From: Candidatus Geothermarchaeota archaeon
Lineage (GTDB): Archaea; Thermoproteota; Nitrososphaeria; Geothermarchaeales; JAUWBL01
Assembly: GCA_030601715.1 (NCBI GenBank)
Contig: JAUWBL010000001.1
Location: 1-24,089 of the forward strand
Direction: 5' to 3'
Length of the DNA: 24,089 nucleotides
This document shows positions 7,393-16,437 of the stretch, one piece after another. The position numbers were made by a program, and so were the translations under genes. The notes below the pieces were generated by a model. That model was not told the origin of the DNA and searched no databases. It saw only the letters and a program-made list of their open reading frames with translations. The first letter of the stretch is position 1, and every line of letters begins with the position of its first letter.

Positions 7393-9093
7393 CTACGCTG
7401 AATACTTACTTTGGAGGCTCTCCGGTCTATCCCGTCCTGGCACAGGTGCACAGCAACCGCCATAGGTCTCCTCGTACCTAGGCAAACTCCGAAGCTCCTT
7501 GATGTCCCTCTTGTAGTAGCCCTCCTTCAGCAGTCGACCTGTTCTCTCCTCCCACTCCTCGATCGTAATGCCATACTCTCTCTGGATCTTATCCCTGTAC
7601 CACTCGGGGATGACGTTGAAGGCACAGAAGGGAACGATCCTGTCGTCCGGCGTTAGGTAGTGGATGTCACATCGTCTTAGCCTCTCCTCGTCATGGTTGT
7701 ACTTGTCCATGAAGTGCATCATTCCGAGGAACAAGCTCTTCTTGTGGAACTTGCCCAAAGCATCATAGTTGTGTCGTACTAGGGCTTCGAACAGAAGCCG
7801 AATCATATCGATACCTTCTGGCTGACGCCCCTTGTCTATGAACCTACCCAAGTTAGCCATTACCTTCAGCGAAACCCAGTACTTGTTCTTGCCTCTTTCG
7901 ATCTCGTCTGCCTTTTCGTCCAAGTACTTGAGGACTCCCTCGACATCGACGAAATCGGCCATAGGAACGAGCCGGTCTCCCTCCTTGAACACATAGGTTC
8001 CTGCTCCACACACGAAGTGTATGGATAGCTCGAACTCAGGTCGGTGCGTCAAGGCTTCAGCGAAGTGGGTTATCGGGGTGCAGCTCGGCACAGGGAACCA
8101 GGCATCTGTCGTGATCTCTCCGTCCGTCTGCTCTTCAATCCTCTCTATGCAGTCGGGGATCGTGATCCGGTAGCGCATCCGTTCTCTGCTTGGCATCCTG
8201 CCCGTGAGAGAAACGGGCTGGAAATTCACTGCACGAACTACGTCGATGTTCTGCTGGGCAAATCGAATCATGCCACCCAGCTCATGGTCATTCACCGTCC
8301 TGATGACCGTAGGAACGAGGGTGATGCTCATGTCTGTGGCTCTGCAGTTCTTTAGAACGCCCGGGATCTCCCAGTGGTTCTTGGGATTCGTTCTTTTGGT
8401 GACACCGTCAAAGCTGAGATAAAGAGTGTTGACCCCAGCCTCCCTCAGCTGCCTCACCAGGTCTGGATCCTCGCTGATCTTGATCCCGTTTGTGTTAAGC
8501 TGAATGTGGTCGACTCCACCCTCCTTCATGGCCTTCACTAGCTCAACTATGTCCTCACGCAGCGTCGGCTCGCCTCCAGTTACCTGAATGGCGTTGCCCG
8601 GAACTGGCCTCTCTGCTCTAAGATTCGAAACCATCCGTCGAATCTGGTCCGCAGTGGGTTCATAGATGTAGCCCATTCTCTCCGCATAGAAGAAACAGTA
8701 CCAGCAGGTGAGGTCACAACGGTTGGTCACCACGATGTTGGCGAGTCCAGTGTGGCTAAGATGGCTTGAGCAGAGACCACAGTTGGTGGGGCAGGCACAA
8801 GTTTCCAACGGGACGTTTGGGTTTTCGATGCCCTTCCCGTTGTGGACATATTTGCTGAATTTGTTGTACATGTCGAGGGAGCCGAAGTACAAGTCTTCGA
8901 AGAAGCCATGCTCTTTGCACTCCTTCGACATCCATATCTGATCGTCCCTCTCGAAAACGAGGGCGGTTAGAATCCTGTTGCACTCTGGGCAGATGCTGGT
9001 GGTACGATGTGGGAGAGTTACGCCCGTGGTGGACTCCTCAATGCTCAGGAGGCTCTCCGGAGCCTGAGTCACTCGGCGGATCGTCTTGCTCAT
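7393..9093 (-). CDS. tes: Radical SAM tetraether lipid synthase (Tes / GDGT-MAS, MJ0619 family)
   Basis: N-terminal TTSICPEC...KECKEHG metal site, CPTNCGLC, CDLTCWYC radical-SAM motif, IQLNTNG, VRAVNFQPVS and C-terminal CDIHY...IVPFC. Confidence 0.9.
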   Translation of the reverse strand: MSKTIRRVTQAPESLLSIEESTTGVTLPHRTTSICPECNRILTALVFERDDQIWMSKECKEHGFFEDLYFGSLDMYNKFSKYVHNGKGIENPNVPLETCACPTNCGLCSSHLSHTGLANIVVTNRCDLTCWYCFFYAERMGYIYEPTADQIRRMVSNLRAERPVPGNAIQVTGGEPTLREDIVELVKAMKEGGVDHIQLNTNGIKISEDPDLVRQLREAGVNTLYLSFDGVTKRTNPKNHWEIPGVLKNCRATDMSITLVPTVIRTVNDHELGGMIRFAQQNIDVVRAVNFQPVSLTGRMPSRERMRYRITIPDCIERIEEQTDGEITTDAWFPVPSCTPITHFAEALTHRPEFELSIHFVCGAGTYVFKEGDRLVPMADFVDVEGVLKYLDEKADEIERGKNKYWVSLKVMANLGRFIDKGRQPEGIDMIRLLFEALVRHNYDALGKFHKKSLFLGMMHFMDKYNHDEERLRRCDIHYLTPDDRIVPFCAFNVIPEWYRDKIQREYGITIEEWEERTGRLLKEGYYKRDIKELRSLPRYEETYGGCCAPVPGRDRPESLQSKYSA

Positions 9094-9132
9094 CGATCTT
9101 CAGCCTTCTTTACCCTCAGACGCATAGCAAGG

Positions 9133-9140
9133 TATTTTAA
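9133..9140. promoter_or_regulatory. Probable shared TATA box for tes and the trmB-like gene
   Basis: TATTTTAA on + (25 nt before TTG 9166) and TTAAAATA on - (39 nt before ATG 9093), the only AT tract in the 72-bp gap. Confidence 0.5.
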
Positions 9141-9165
9141 GGTTTCCGACTTATCACCTGATTAG

Positions 9166-9924
9166 TTGTGTGAAAGACCCTTGTCGACCGAGGAAGCCTT
9201 CGTTCAGCTCGGTCTCTCTCGCTACGAGGTCGAGGCCTACATGGCTCTCCTCAACGCAGGATCCTCCGACGCCAAGGCCCTCGCAAGCTCTACCAGGGTT
9301 CCCTTTTCCAAGATCTACTCCACCCTCAAGTCTCTGACCAGCGTGGGCCTCGTGAAAGTGTCCCGAACGAGACCTCAGATCTACTACCCCATGTCCCCCG
9401 ATGAGGCCGTAGCTCACCTGCGGCGCAGGGCGACTGAGAAGCAGGAAAAGCTTCTCAAAGGGATCGTCGATGAGTTGATGCCCCTGTACAACCAGACCAG
9501 GGTCTCCGAGAGGGCAGAGATCGAGATAATTCACGATATCGATGTGGCGACCCGAAGAGTGTTGAACGTAGTTAAGGAAGCCAAGGCAGGGGTCAGGGCC
9601 ATAATACCGGACGTACCGGGGGCTCAGTTCGAGCAGCTGACATTCCTTGTCGAGGGACTGTCCAGAGTCGGAATAAACCTGAAGATTCTGACTACCGTAG
9701 AGAACTTGAAACTTCTCACACCGAGGGGGTTTTTCGCCGAAATGAAGGTCTTAGCTGGTAGCCCCATCGGTTTGCTTATCAGCGACTTGAGAGAGGTATT
9801 CGCGGTGTATCTTGACGATGGACGTTTCTACGCCCTTTTCACCCAGAGCGATTTCCTCGTGAACCTGGCGATCATACTGTTCGAGAGGCTCTGGAACCTG
9901 GCTGAAGAACCTGCAACACTCTAG
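9166..9924 (+). CDS. TrmB-family transcriptional regulator (HTH plus C-terminal effector domain)
   Basis: LGLSRYEVEAYMALL...VPFSKIYSTLKSL...GLV...RPQIYYP is the TrmB HTH. The C-terminal domain has LLISDLREV. Confidence 0.9.
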   Translation: MCERPLSTEEAFVQLGLSRYEVEAYMALLNAGSSDAKALASSTRVPFSKIYSTLKSLTSVGLVKVSRTRPQIYYPMSPDEAVAHLRRRATEKQEKLLKGIVDELMPLYNQTRVSERAEIEIIHDIDVATRRVLNVVKEAKAGVRAIIPDVPGAQFEQLTFLVEGLSRVGINLKILTTVENLKLLTPRGFFAEMKVLAGSPIGLLISDLREVFAVYLDDGRFYALFTQSDFLVNLAIILFERLWNLAEEPATL

Positions 9925-9949
9925 GCTGGTTGCTATGCCTACTGGGGAA

Positions 9950-12667
9950 TCAAGCGCTTCCAGCCGGTCGTAGCCTTAAGAAAGCAGCTGTAGCTATGGC
10001 TAGAGCTAGAGCTATGGCGACCGAGAAGCCGTACCGTTCAGTCAAGTTCTCCTGAACAGTTACCATGGCCACCTTCTTCTCCTCTCCCGACAGCTGGAAG
10101 TACTCAAGTGCACTTCCGTCGAAGACGTACTGAACCTCCTTCACAGTCACCGCGTAGCTACCCGGTTCGTTTGCCAACAATCTGATCTCCAGCTCCACTA
10201 CGCCGCCCGCGGGAAACGAGGACAGTGTGCTATTGACCCCCTCGGGCAGCGAGACGATTCCCAATCCTGACTGGATGGCTACAGCAACTTGGACATCTTT
10301 CACTCTGTCTGGGATGTCTGACACGATCTCCAGAGACACTGAGAACTCCTGATCCTCGCTGACAGAGTCAGGTGATGTAACGCTGATTCCCAGCCCTCTG
10401 AATACGAGTATTGAGAAGCTCTCCACGGGCACTTCCAACGTGTTTCCTCCCGCTATGCCGCGAATTGAACCACCGGACAACGTGGACACACCCTCCCTCG
10501 AGGGAACATATGTCAGCTCGAACTGCTGGCTGGAGCGAGGCTCGAGCTCCGGACCACTCTGAGGAAGGGACTCGTTGGCGGGCGCAACGCTTCCGATGTT
10601 GGCCTGCGGGATCTGAAGCTCGAAGTCGTAAAGGGAGAATCGTCCTTCGTTCAGTAGGAGAATCGAAACTGGTACGTCGACTCCAAGGACTGTCTCGTCA
10701 TCGAGGGCCTCTGAGACCACGGATATGCCATCCACGAACGCGGCCACTTGGGTGTGGAAAACGCTGTCTTCGCTGAGCCTCTTGAGCACAACCGAGCCGT
10801 CAGGAATCAGGACACCACCCTCCGGGACCCGAAGATTCCAGTCAACGCTGATTTCTTCGTTCCTTCCAAGTTGGGTGAAGGAAGCAGCCACTTCGTGCTC
10901 CGTACTGTCGTAGCTGACTTTCTGGCTCCCATTGAGGAAAATCGTATCCTCGGGCAGCCGGCTGCGCAGCACCACGCTGTCTACCACCGACTCACCGGTA
11001 TTCGTTATCTTTGTTTCCACCGTGAGTATGAGCTCTCCGTTCTGAGAAGACGGTTGCAGAATTCTGTCTATCTTGACCGTCGGCGTGTATGATGAGGTTG
11101 GTCTGAACAGAACATCCAGCCTTGGGCCCTCGATGGTATATTTCTTTCCTTCGAACTCGAACTCGACTTGACCCGACAGCTCCTTTCTTATTGTTCTGTC
11201 GTTGTCCACGGTTACGGTGACGGTTTCCTCTATGGAAGACCCCGGTTCGAGCGAGCCGTGGTGCGTTCCTCCTATCACTACCTCGTCTGCTGCCACCGTG
11301 CCGTTGTTGGTGGCGATGAGTTTGAAACTGATCTCGTCGGTGATGTCAGGGTTGAGAGTCGTAATCTCCTTCAGTCTGAGGTCTATGTAGGGTGCCGCAT
11401 CAGTACCGAGCCACAGAAGTTGGGTGTTGGACCATGCGAGATAGGTGATGTTCTCTCCAAGCTCTGGGGATATGAACGTGACCCGGGCTCGCGGGACCGC
11501 TTTCGGCTTCGGTTCACCCTCATAGACGGTTTGGAGAGTGTATTTCATCTCCTTACTCGACCCCGGCAGGATCGTGGCGAACTGCTGCGAAAGGTTTCCG
11601 TCGACCAGCTCGAACTCGGAATCATCCCACCACTTGGGTTCTTCTATGGTCACATTCGACGCAGAGGGTACTCCGATGTTGGAGACCTCCAATGTAACCT
11701 CTACGGTGTCAAGGCCAGCCACGGTCTTCACGCTGAAATCACGGGTAGCGGAGAGGGCGGGCATGCTGTAGCCGTAACCAACGAAGATCGAGGGAACCGT
11801 CGCGTTGGAGGAAAGATCCATCCTCAGTGTCGCGAGACCGCCATCCATTTCGTACTCCACATCGAATTCATGGGAGACGGAATCGATGTAGGCATCTCTG
11901 AAGTGAAACTCTAGAACCGAGCCGTCAGAGAATTCGCTCGTTGTGCTGTTTTCAAGAGACGGGAGCACAGAGAAGAGGGAGAACTGGCCTGATTGCTCGT
12001 CTAAGACGCTGGATTCAAGCGCTCCGAAGACTAGGGTTGTCTCCTTCTGTAGGCCTTGGCTAACGGTTCTTAGAGTGATGAAGGACGCCAGCTTCTGAGC
12101 CAGCATCTCAGGGGCGGTGGCATTGATGAACCCTCCGCTTGACAGAGGTAGGCTCTCCCAGACGAGTGGGAAGTGGGTCTCCGGGTCTATGGGGGACACG
12201 AATTCGAATGCGTTGCCGGATGAACTTCTGGCGTCTCCCAGAGCCAATCGGAAAACGTCAGAGATCTCCGAAGCCGCGGCCGATGCAGAGGATTCTACTT
12301 CGAGGGGAGATAGGCCGTCTTCGTAGTCCAGAACGAGCACCGCTGTGTTCGGTATGAAGCGAGTTAACCCCGTTTCGTAGAGTGCCCCCTGAAGGAGCAG
12401 ATTGAAGTTCTTGAACCAGGTCCTCTGGCTCTGGAATGAGATCTGGATTCCCTCGATCCCAGAGAAGGGAGCAGACGAGAGGTCCAAACCGTTTATGCTG
12501 AGGTTTCCCCCTGTCGCGGTAACCTTCCAGAGTGCGGAGCTCGCCGCGAAATAGAAATCGATCCTTTCTGTGTAATTCTCACCTTGTTCCGGCTCTCCCA
12601 GAGTGAAAGAACTCAAGAATGGAATCGTCAATAGTAGAATCATCGAAACGGTTCCAAGTCTCTTCAT
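9950..12667 (-). CDS. Large secreted, C-terminally membrane-anchored surface glycoprotein with Ig-like (CARDB/DUF11-type) repeats
   Basis: Signal peptide MKRLGTVSMILLLTIPFLSSFTLG, final TM helix followed by RLR, repeated V.N.G motifs and many N-x-S/T sequons (NYT, NLS, NAT, NST, NVT, NIT, NGT, NGS, NES, NLT). Confidence 0.8.
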   Translation of the reverse strand: MKRLGTVSMILLLTIPFLSSFTLGEPEQGENYTERIDFYFAASSALWKVTATGGNLSINGLDLSSAPFSGIEGIQISFQSQRTWFKNFNLLLQGALYETGLTRFIPNTAVLVLDYEDGLSPLEVESSASAAASEISDVFRLALGDARSSSGNAFEFVSPIDPETHFPLVWESLPLSSGGFINATAPEMLAQKLASFITLRTVSQGLQKETTLVFGALESSVLDEQSGQFSLFSVLPSLENSTTSEFSDGSVLEFHFRDAYIDSVSHEFDVEYEMDGGLATLRMDLSSNATVPSIFVGYGYSMPALSATRDFSVKTVAGLDTVEVTLEVSNIGVPSASNVTIEEPKWWDDSEFELVDGNLSQQFATILPGSSKEMKYTLQTVYEGEPKPKAVPRARVTFISPELGENITYLAWSNTQLLWLGTDAAPYIDLRLKEITTLNPDITDEISFKLIATNNGTVAADEVVIGGTHHGSLEPGSSIEETVTVTVDNDRTIRKELSGQVEFEFEGKKYTIEGPRLDVLFRPTSSYTPTVKIDRILQPSSQNGELILTVETKITNTGESVVDSVVLRSRLPEDTIFLNGSQKVSYDSTEHEVAASFTQLGRNEEISVDWNLRVPEGGVLIPDGSVVLKRLSEDSVFHTQVAAFVDGISVVSEALDDETVLGVDVPVSILLLNEGRFSLYDFELQIPQANIGSVAPANESLPQSGPELEPRSSQQFELTYVPSREGVSTLSGGSIRGIAGGNTLEVPVESFSILVFRGLGISVTSPDSVSEDQEFSVSLEIVSDIPDRVKDVQVAVAIQSGLGIVSLPEGVNSTLSSFPAGGVVELEIRLLANEPGSYAVTVKEVQYVFDGSALEYFQLSGEEKKVAMVTVQENLTERYGFSVAIALALAIATAAFLRLRPAGSA

Positions 12668-12703
12668 TCCGTGTGCACCGACAACCGGTCTAGGTCTGAC
12701 CTG

Positions 12704-13699
12704 CTAGTCTTGGTCTAGTATGCCTTCCTTAGCGATGATGAAAACTGCCTCCCCTGGCGGGTGGTGGGGGCTGTCCATTATGGAGGCAACGCGGGCATTC
12801 CTGGCCTTCCTCAGGTACAAGCGGTAGGTTGTCGCGTGGGACACGACGTGTCCTCCGATAGGTCTAGTTGGGTCACCAAAGAACACGTCCGGCTTGGCCA
12901 TGACCTGGTTTGTCATCAGGACCGCCACATCGTACAACTCAGACAGTCGCGTCAGGTCATGCATCATGACGTTTAGGACCTGTTGACGTTCGGCCAGCTG
13001 CGCCCTCCCCACATACTCTGCCCTGAACGGAGCGACAGCCGAATCTAACACGACCAGCCTGGCGTCTGTCTCCCGGATCTTCCGCCCCAGGTTCCGCACG
13101 AGAAGTCTCAGGTGGCTGCTGTTCATAGCTCGCGCGACATGGATATTCCTGAGCATCTCGAAGGGCACGTCCGATTTGCCCTCCGCTATCTCCAAAATCC
13201 TGGATGGCCGGAATGTGTGCTCAGTGTCGAGGTAGATGGCGGGGGAGCTTAGCCCTCCCTGGTCCGCACCGAGTTGGACGTTTACACAAACCGTGTGACA
13301 GATCTGGGTCTTTCCTGACCCGAACTCACCGTAGAATTCAGTGATCGCCTGGGTCTCGATCCCTCCCAACAAGAGATTGTCCAGGTTTTTCGAGCCGGTC
13401 GAGATGAATGCGATCTTCTTTCTCTGTTCGTACAGCTGGTCGGCAGAAACGAAATCTGCATAGAGGACGCGAAATTCGGTCAGCTTGGCACGAGCCTTCT
13501 CTTGAAGCAAGAGGACCTTGCTCATCGAGCCCCCGAGTACCTCGAGAAGGTAGTTTGCTGAGTGGACTACGAGGTCCATTAGGTTGTATATGCCTGCGCT
13601 GTTCAGCTTCTGTTTTGTGGCTGGACCGACTCCCTCTAACACCGAGACATCGATGTCAGCGTCGTCAACAACCTTCTTTTCTTGCTCCTCGACACCCAT
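12704..13699 (-). CDS. radA: DNA repair and recombination protein RadA
   Basis: N-terminal HhH (LEGVGPAT), GEFGSGKTQ Walker A, YLDTEHTFRP, LVVLDS and GGHVVSH. No intein. Confidence 0.95.
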   Translation of the reverse strand: MGVEEQEKKVVDDADIDVSVLEGVGPATKQKLNSAGIYNLMDLVVHSANYLLEVLGGSMSKVLLLQEKARAKLTEFRVLYADFVSADQLYEQRKKIAFISTGSKNLDNLLLGGIETQAITEFYGEFGSGKTQICHTVCVNVQLGADQGGLSSPAIYLDTEHTFRPSRILEIAEGKSDVPFEMLRNIHVARAMNSSHLRLLVRNLGRKIRETDARLVVLDSAVAPFRAEYVGRAQLAERQQVLNVMMHDLTRLSELYDVAVLMTNQVMAKPDVFFGDPTRPIGGHVVSHATTYRLYLRKARNARVASIMDSPHHPPGEAVFIIAKEGILDQD

Positions 13700-13770
13700 C
13701 CCCGGCTCTCCTGCAGATAGTTGCTGTTGCGGCTTGCCTCAGGAATCCACCTAGATTGCCTTCCAGCTCG

Positions 13771-13778
13771 AAATAAAG
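13771..13778 (-). promoter_or_regulatory. Possible radA TATA box
   Basis: CTTTATTT on - about 72 nt upstream of the ATG. SD-like AGGAGAG lies a few nt before the ATG. Confidence 0.4.
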
Positions 13779-13803
13779 ATTTGCAGGCTTCGAAGATCAA
13801 TCC

Positions 13804-15114
13804 CTATGGGTATATCCTATCAGGCGTCCTAGGAAACATAGCAGCTCCTCTGATGTGGCTCAAGCCCAGAATCCATCTCACCGTTCTCTCAAGACCTAGA
13901 CCGAAGCCCGAGTGAGGCGGCATACCGAATCTTCTCAGCTCAACATACCATTGGTAGTCTTTCGGGTCAAGCCCCTCCTCCTTTAGGCGTTTCACAAGCA
14001 TGTCGTATTCATGGATCCTCTGGCCACCCGAGGTTATCTCCCCAAATCCCCTGGGAGCGAACATGTCCGAGGATAGAGTGAGTCGTGCATCTTCGGGGTC
14101 GGGCATCTGGTAGAACGGCCTCGCTGAGACTGGATATTTCGTGACGAAGAAAGGATCTTCGAACTCCTCGCTTACAGCTTTTTCTTCCCTCGCGCCGAAA
14201 TCGTCTCCCCACTCGATCTTGAACCCCTTCTTCTCAATGATGCTCAAGGCCTCATCGTATGGGATCCTTGGAAACGGCAACTCTGGTGACTCGACCCTCG
14301 TCGCCTGCAGCTCGGAAAGCTCACCCTGGCAATTCTCGGTAACTGCGGAGATCATGGTGTGCACAAGGCTCTCCTCTATCTCCATTATGTCGTCGTGCGT
14401 TGCGAAAGCGACCTCAGCCTCGATGTGCCAGAACTCGGTCAGATGCTTCCGGGTTCTTGACTTTTCAGACCTGAAGCTGGGCTGGATGACGTACACCTTT
14501 TCAAACGCGCATATAGCGGCCTCTTCGTAGAGCTGAGCACTTTGAGTGAGGTAAGCCTTGTCCCCGAAGTATTCCACTTGGAAGAGAGTGGCACCGCCCT
14601 CCGATGCTGAGGTTATGAAAGTGGGGGTCTGAATCCAGACGTATCCATTTTCTTCGAAGAATCGGTGGGCGCCGTTTAGGAGCTCCGATCGAATCTTCAT
14701 TGTTGCCCGTGTCTTGGTTCCTCTTACGGTCAAATGTCGCATATCGTAGAGGAAGCCGGGAGACTTCAGCGCGGACAGGGTTATCGGCCAGGGCTCGGAC
14801 TTCGCCACGACTGCAACATCTGTGACATGGACCTCCGCCCCCCTGGGGGCTCTGGGATCCTGAGACACCAGGCCCTCCACAGCCACGGAAGACTCTTTTG
14901 ATATATCCGATACCTGTTCGAATACCGCGGGATCGCACAACGACTTGTCAGCCACTACCTGAACGTACCCTGAGCGATCCCGCAGTGTGAGGAATATCTT
15001 TCCTCCGTGTTCCCTCTTGCTGGCGATCCAGCCTAGAAGCCGAACCTTTTCTCCTTCGGGCCTTTGCTTGAGTTCTGCGGCCTCGACGGTTCGATAATGG
15101 TACCAGTTGCCCAA
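13804..15114 (-). CDS. asnS: Asparagine--tRNA ligase (TTG 15114 preferred; track start ATG 15153)
   Basis: OB-fold N-terminus. YLTQSAQLYEE (not the AspRS-type QSPQLYKQ), FRSEKSRTRKHLTEFWHIEAE and PHSGFGLGLER...FPRTPDRIYP. Confidence 0.88.
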   Translation of the reverse strand: MGNWYHYRTVEAAELKQRPEGEKVRLLGWIASKREHGGKIFLTLRDRSGYVQVVADKSLCDPAVFEQVSDISKESSVAVEGLVSQDPRAPRGAEVHVTDVAVVAKSEPWPITLSALKSPGFLYDMRHLTVRGTKTRATMKIRSELLNGAHRFFEENGYVWIQTPTFITSASEGGATLFQVEYFGDKAYLTQSAQLYEEAAICAFEKVYVIQPSFRSEKSRTRKHLTEFWHIEAEVAFATHDDIMEIEESLVHTMISAVTENCQGELSELQATRVESPELPFPRIPYDEALSIIEKKGFKIEWGDDFGAREEKAVSEEFEDPFFVTKYPVSARPFYQMPDPEDARLTLSSDMFAPRGFGEITSGGQRIHEYDMLVKRLKEEGLDPKDYQWYVELRRFGMPPHSGFGLGLERTVRWILGLSHIRGAAMFPRTPDRIYP

Positions 15115-15259
15115 CTCAACTACTTTCCTCGAAATGGAAGAGGAAACCAGCATGCAATTAAGGGTTAGAAAGGCTCAGCTCGTCATCAAGGCTGAGAATA
15201 ATGCTTTAATTCGGGAGGGTTGTTCTTGTGTGTCGTATCGCGGAGGTCCCCCTCTACGG

Positions 15260-15844
15260 TTGGAGAGCAACGTAACTCAGCCCCTCAACGTCCGCGCGGC
15301 CCTTAAGGAAATAATAGATCTTTCTGGTCTCATCCTAGATCTCTCCTTCGCTTCCGTCATCTACGACAACACCGAACTAGCCAAAGAAGTACTAGATCTG
15401 GAGAGTCATGTTGATGAGCTTACGAACGCGGTCACGACGCATATGAGCTTGGCAATCCGCGACAAAGATGATGCCTCAGAGTCCCTGCCGGTGTTCAAAG
15501 CCGCCAACGTTGCCGATCAGATATCTGATGCCGCCGCTGAAATTGCGAAGATAGTTCTCCGAGGAATGAGTTTGGATACCAGGCTAAGGGAAAGCCTTAT
15601 GGAATCCGATGAAATCGTCGGGATCTTTAGAATCTCGCGAGAGAGCAGGCTAGCCGGTCACAGTCTCGAGAACTCCAGAATCTTCGTTGGCGTAGGGTTC
15701 GACATAATCGCTGTAAAGAGAGACTTCCAATGGATCATAAACCCTCCTGACGAGTTCGAGTTTCAGACCACAGATGTCGTTGTCACCAGGGGATCGGCTG
15801 ATGCGGTGAAGATCTTGAGAGCCTTCGGAGAAGAGCCCAAGTGA
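15260..15844 (+). CDS. PhoU-like helical domain plus TrkA-C (RCK_C) domain protein, COG3273-like, copy 1
   Basis: LKEIIDLSGLILDL...DQISDAAAEIAKIV and DIIAVKR...INP. SD GGAGGT at 15242-15247 and family length favour TTG 15260. Confidence 0.85.
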   Translation: MESNVTQPLNVRAALKEIIDLSGLILDLSFASVIYDNTELAKEVLDLESHVDELTNAVTTHMSLAIRDKDDASESLPVFKAANVADQISDAAAEIAKIVLRGMSLDTRLRESLMESDEIVGIFRISRESRLAGHSLENSRIFVGVGFDIIAVKRDFQWIINPPDEFEFQTTDVVVTRGSADAVKILRAFGEEPK

Positions 15845-16431
15845 AGCGGAACAACGTCTTCCGTGAGATAGGCGGGCTCTTGAGAGAACTGAAAGACAAG
15901 GCGGAGGTGACTGTGTATCTGGCCTACTCTGGACTTCTCTACAGCTCTGTAGGCATAGCTAGTGGAGCCTTGAAGATGGAGGAACAGGTTGATGAGCTTC
16001 GCCTCAAACTCCAAGAGCTCGTCCTGGAAAGGGGGGAGGAGCTAGGTCTCCGGACAGCGCTGGCGGTGATGCTTCTAGTGGAGTCCCTCGAAAGCATCTC
16101 GGACTCGGGCATGAAGCTCGCCTCGATAGTCTCACGAGAGCTGGAGACACACCCTGTCCTCGATCTGGCTGAGGAGGAGATGGAAGAACAGTACCTTCTT
16201 TTGGAGGTGGACCGAGATTCATTCTTTCTGTCTAGGAAAATCAGGGACCTCGGTTTTCAGGACACGATGGGAATTCGGGTCATAGCGGTCAAACGAAAGG
16301 GAAGATGGACCTTCGATCCTAGCGAGGAATTCAGGATCGAAGAGAGAGACCTAGTCTTGGTGAGTGGGTACAGGGCGGGCATCGAGACGCTCGAAGAAGC
16401 GGAGAAAGAAGTGGAAGTCCCAGAAGAATAG
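15841..16431 (+). CDS. PhoU-like plus TrkA-C protein, copy 2
   Basis: LRELKDKAEVTVYLAYSGL...ESISDSG and RVIAVKRKGRWTFDP. GTGA overlap with copy 1. Confidence 0.85.
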   Translation: MKRNNVFREIGGLLRELKDKAEVTVYLAYSGLLYSSVGIASGALKMEEQVDELRLKLQELVLERGEELGLRTALAVMLLVESLESISDSGMKLASIVSRELETHPVLDLAEEEMEEQYLLLEVDRDSFFLSRKIRDLGFQDTMGIRVIAVKRKGRWTFDPSEEFRIEERDLVLVSGYRAGIETLEEAEKEVEVPEE

Positions 16432-16437
16432 CTCGCA

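Noticed and set aside
9152-9168. Full TGM-type TrmB operator (TATCAC-N5-GTGATA)
   Set aside because: Only the TATCAC half-site is present.
11168-11914. 248-aa plus-strand ORF, and other long antisense ORFs (e.g. 2674-3150, 14141-14530, 16507-16893)
   Set aside because: They lie fully antisense to well-supported genes, have no motifs, and are explained by codon-bias shadows.
13760-13774. TTCCAGCTCGAAAT, resembling a mini-ORB origin box
   Set aside because: Single copy, spacing one base off the TTCCAGTGGAAA consensus, no G-string or AT-rich unwinding element, and 2.6 kb from cdc6.
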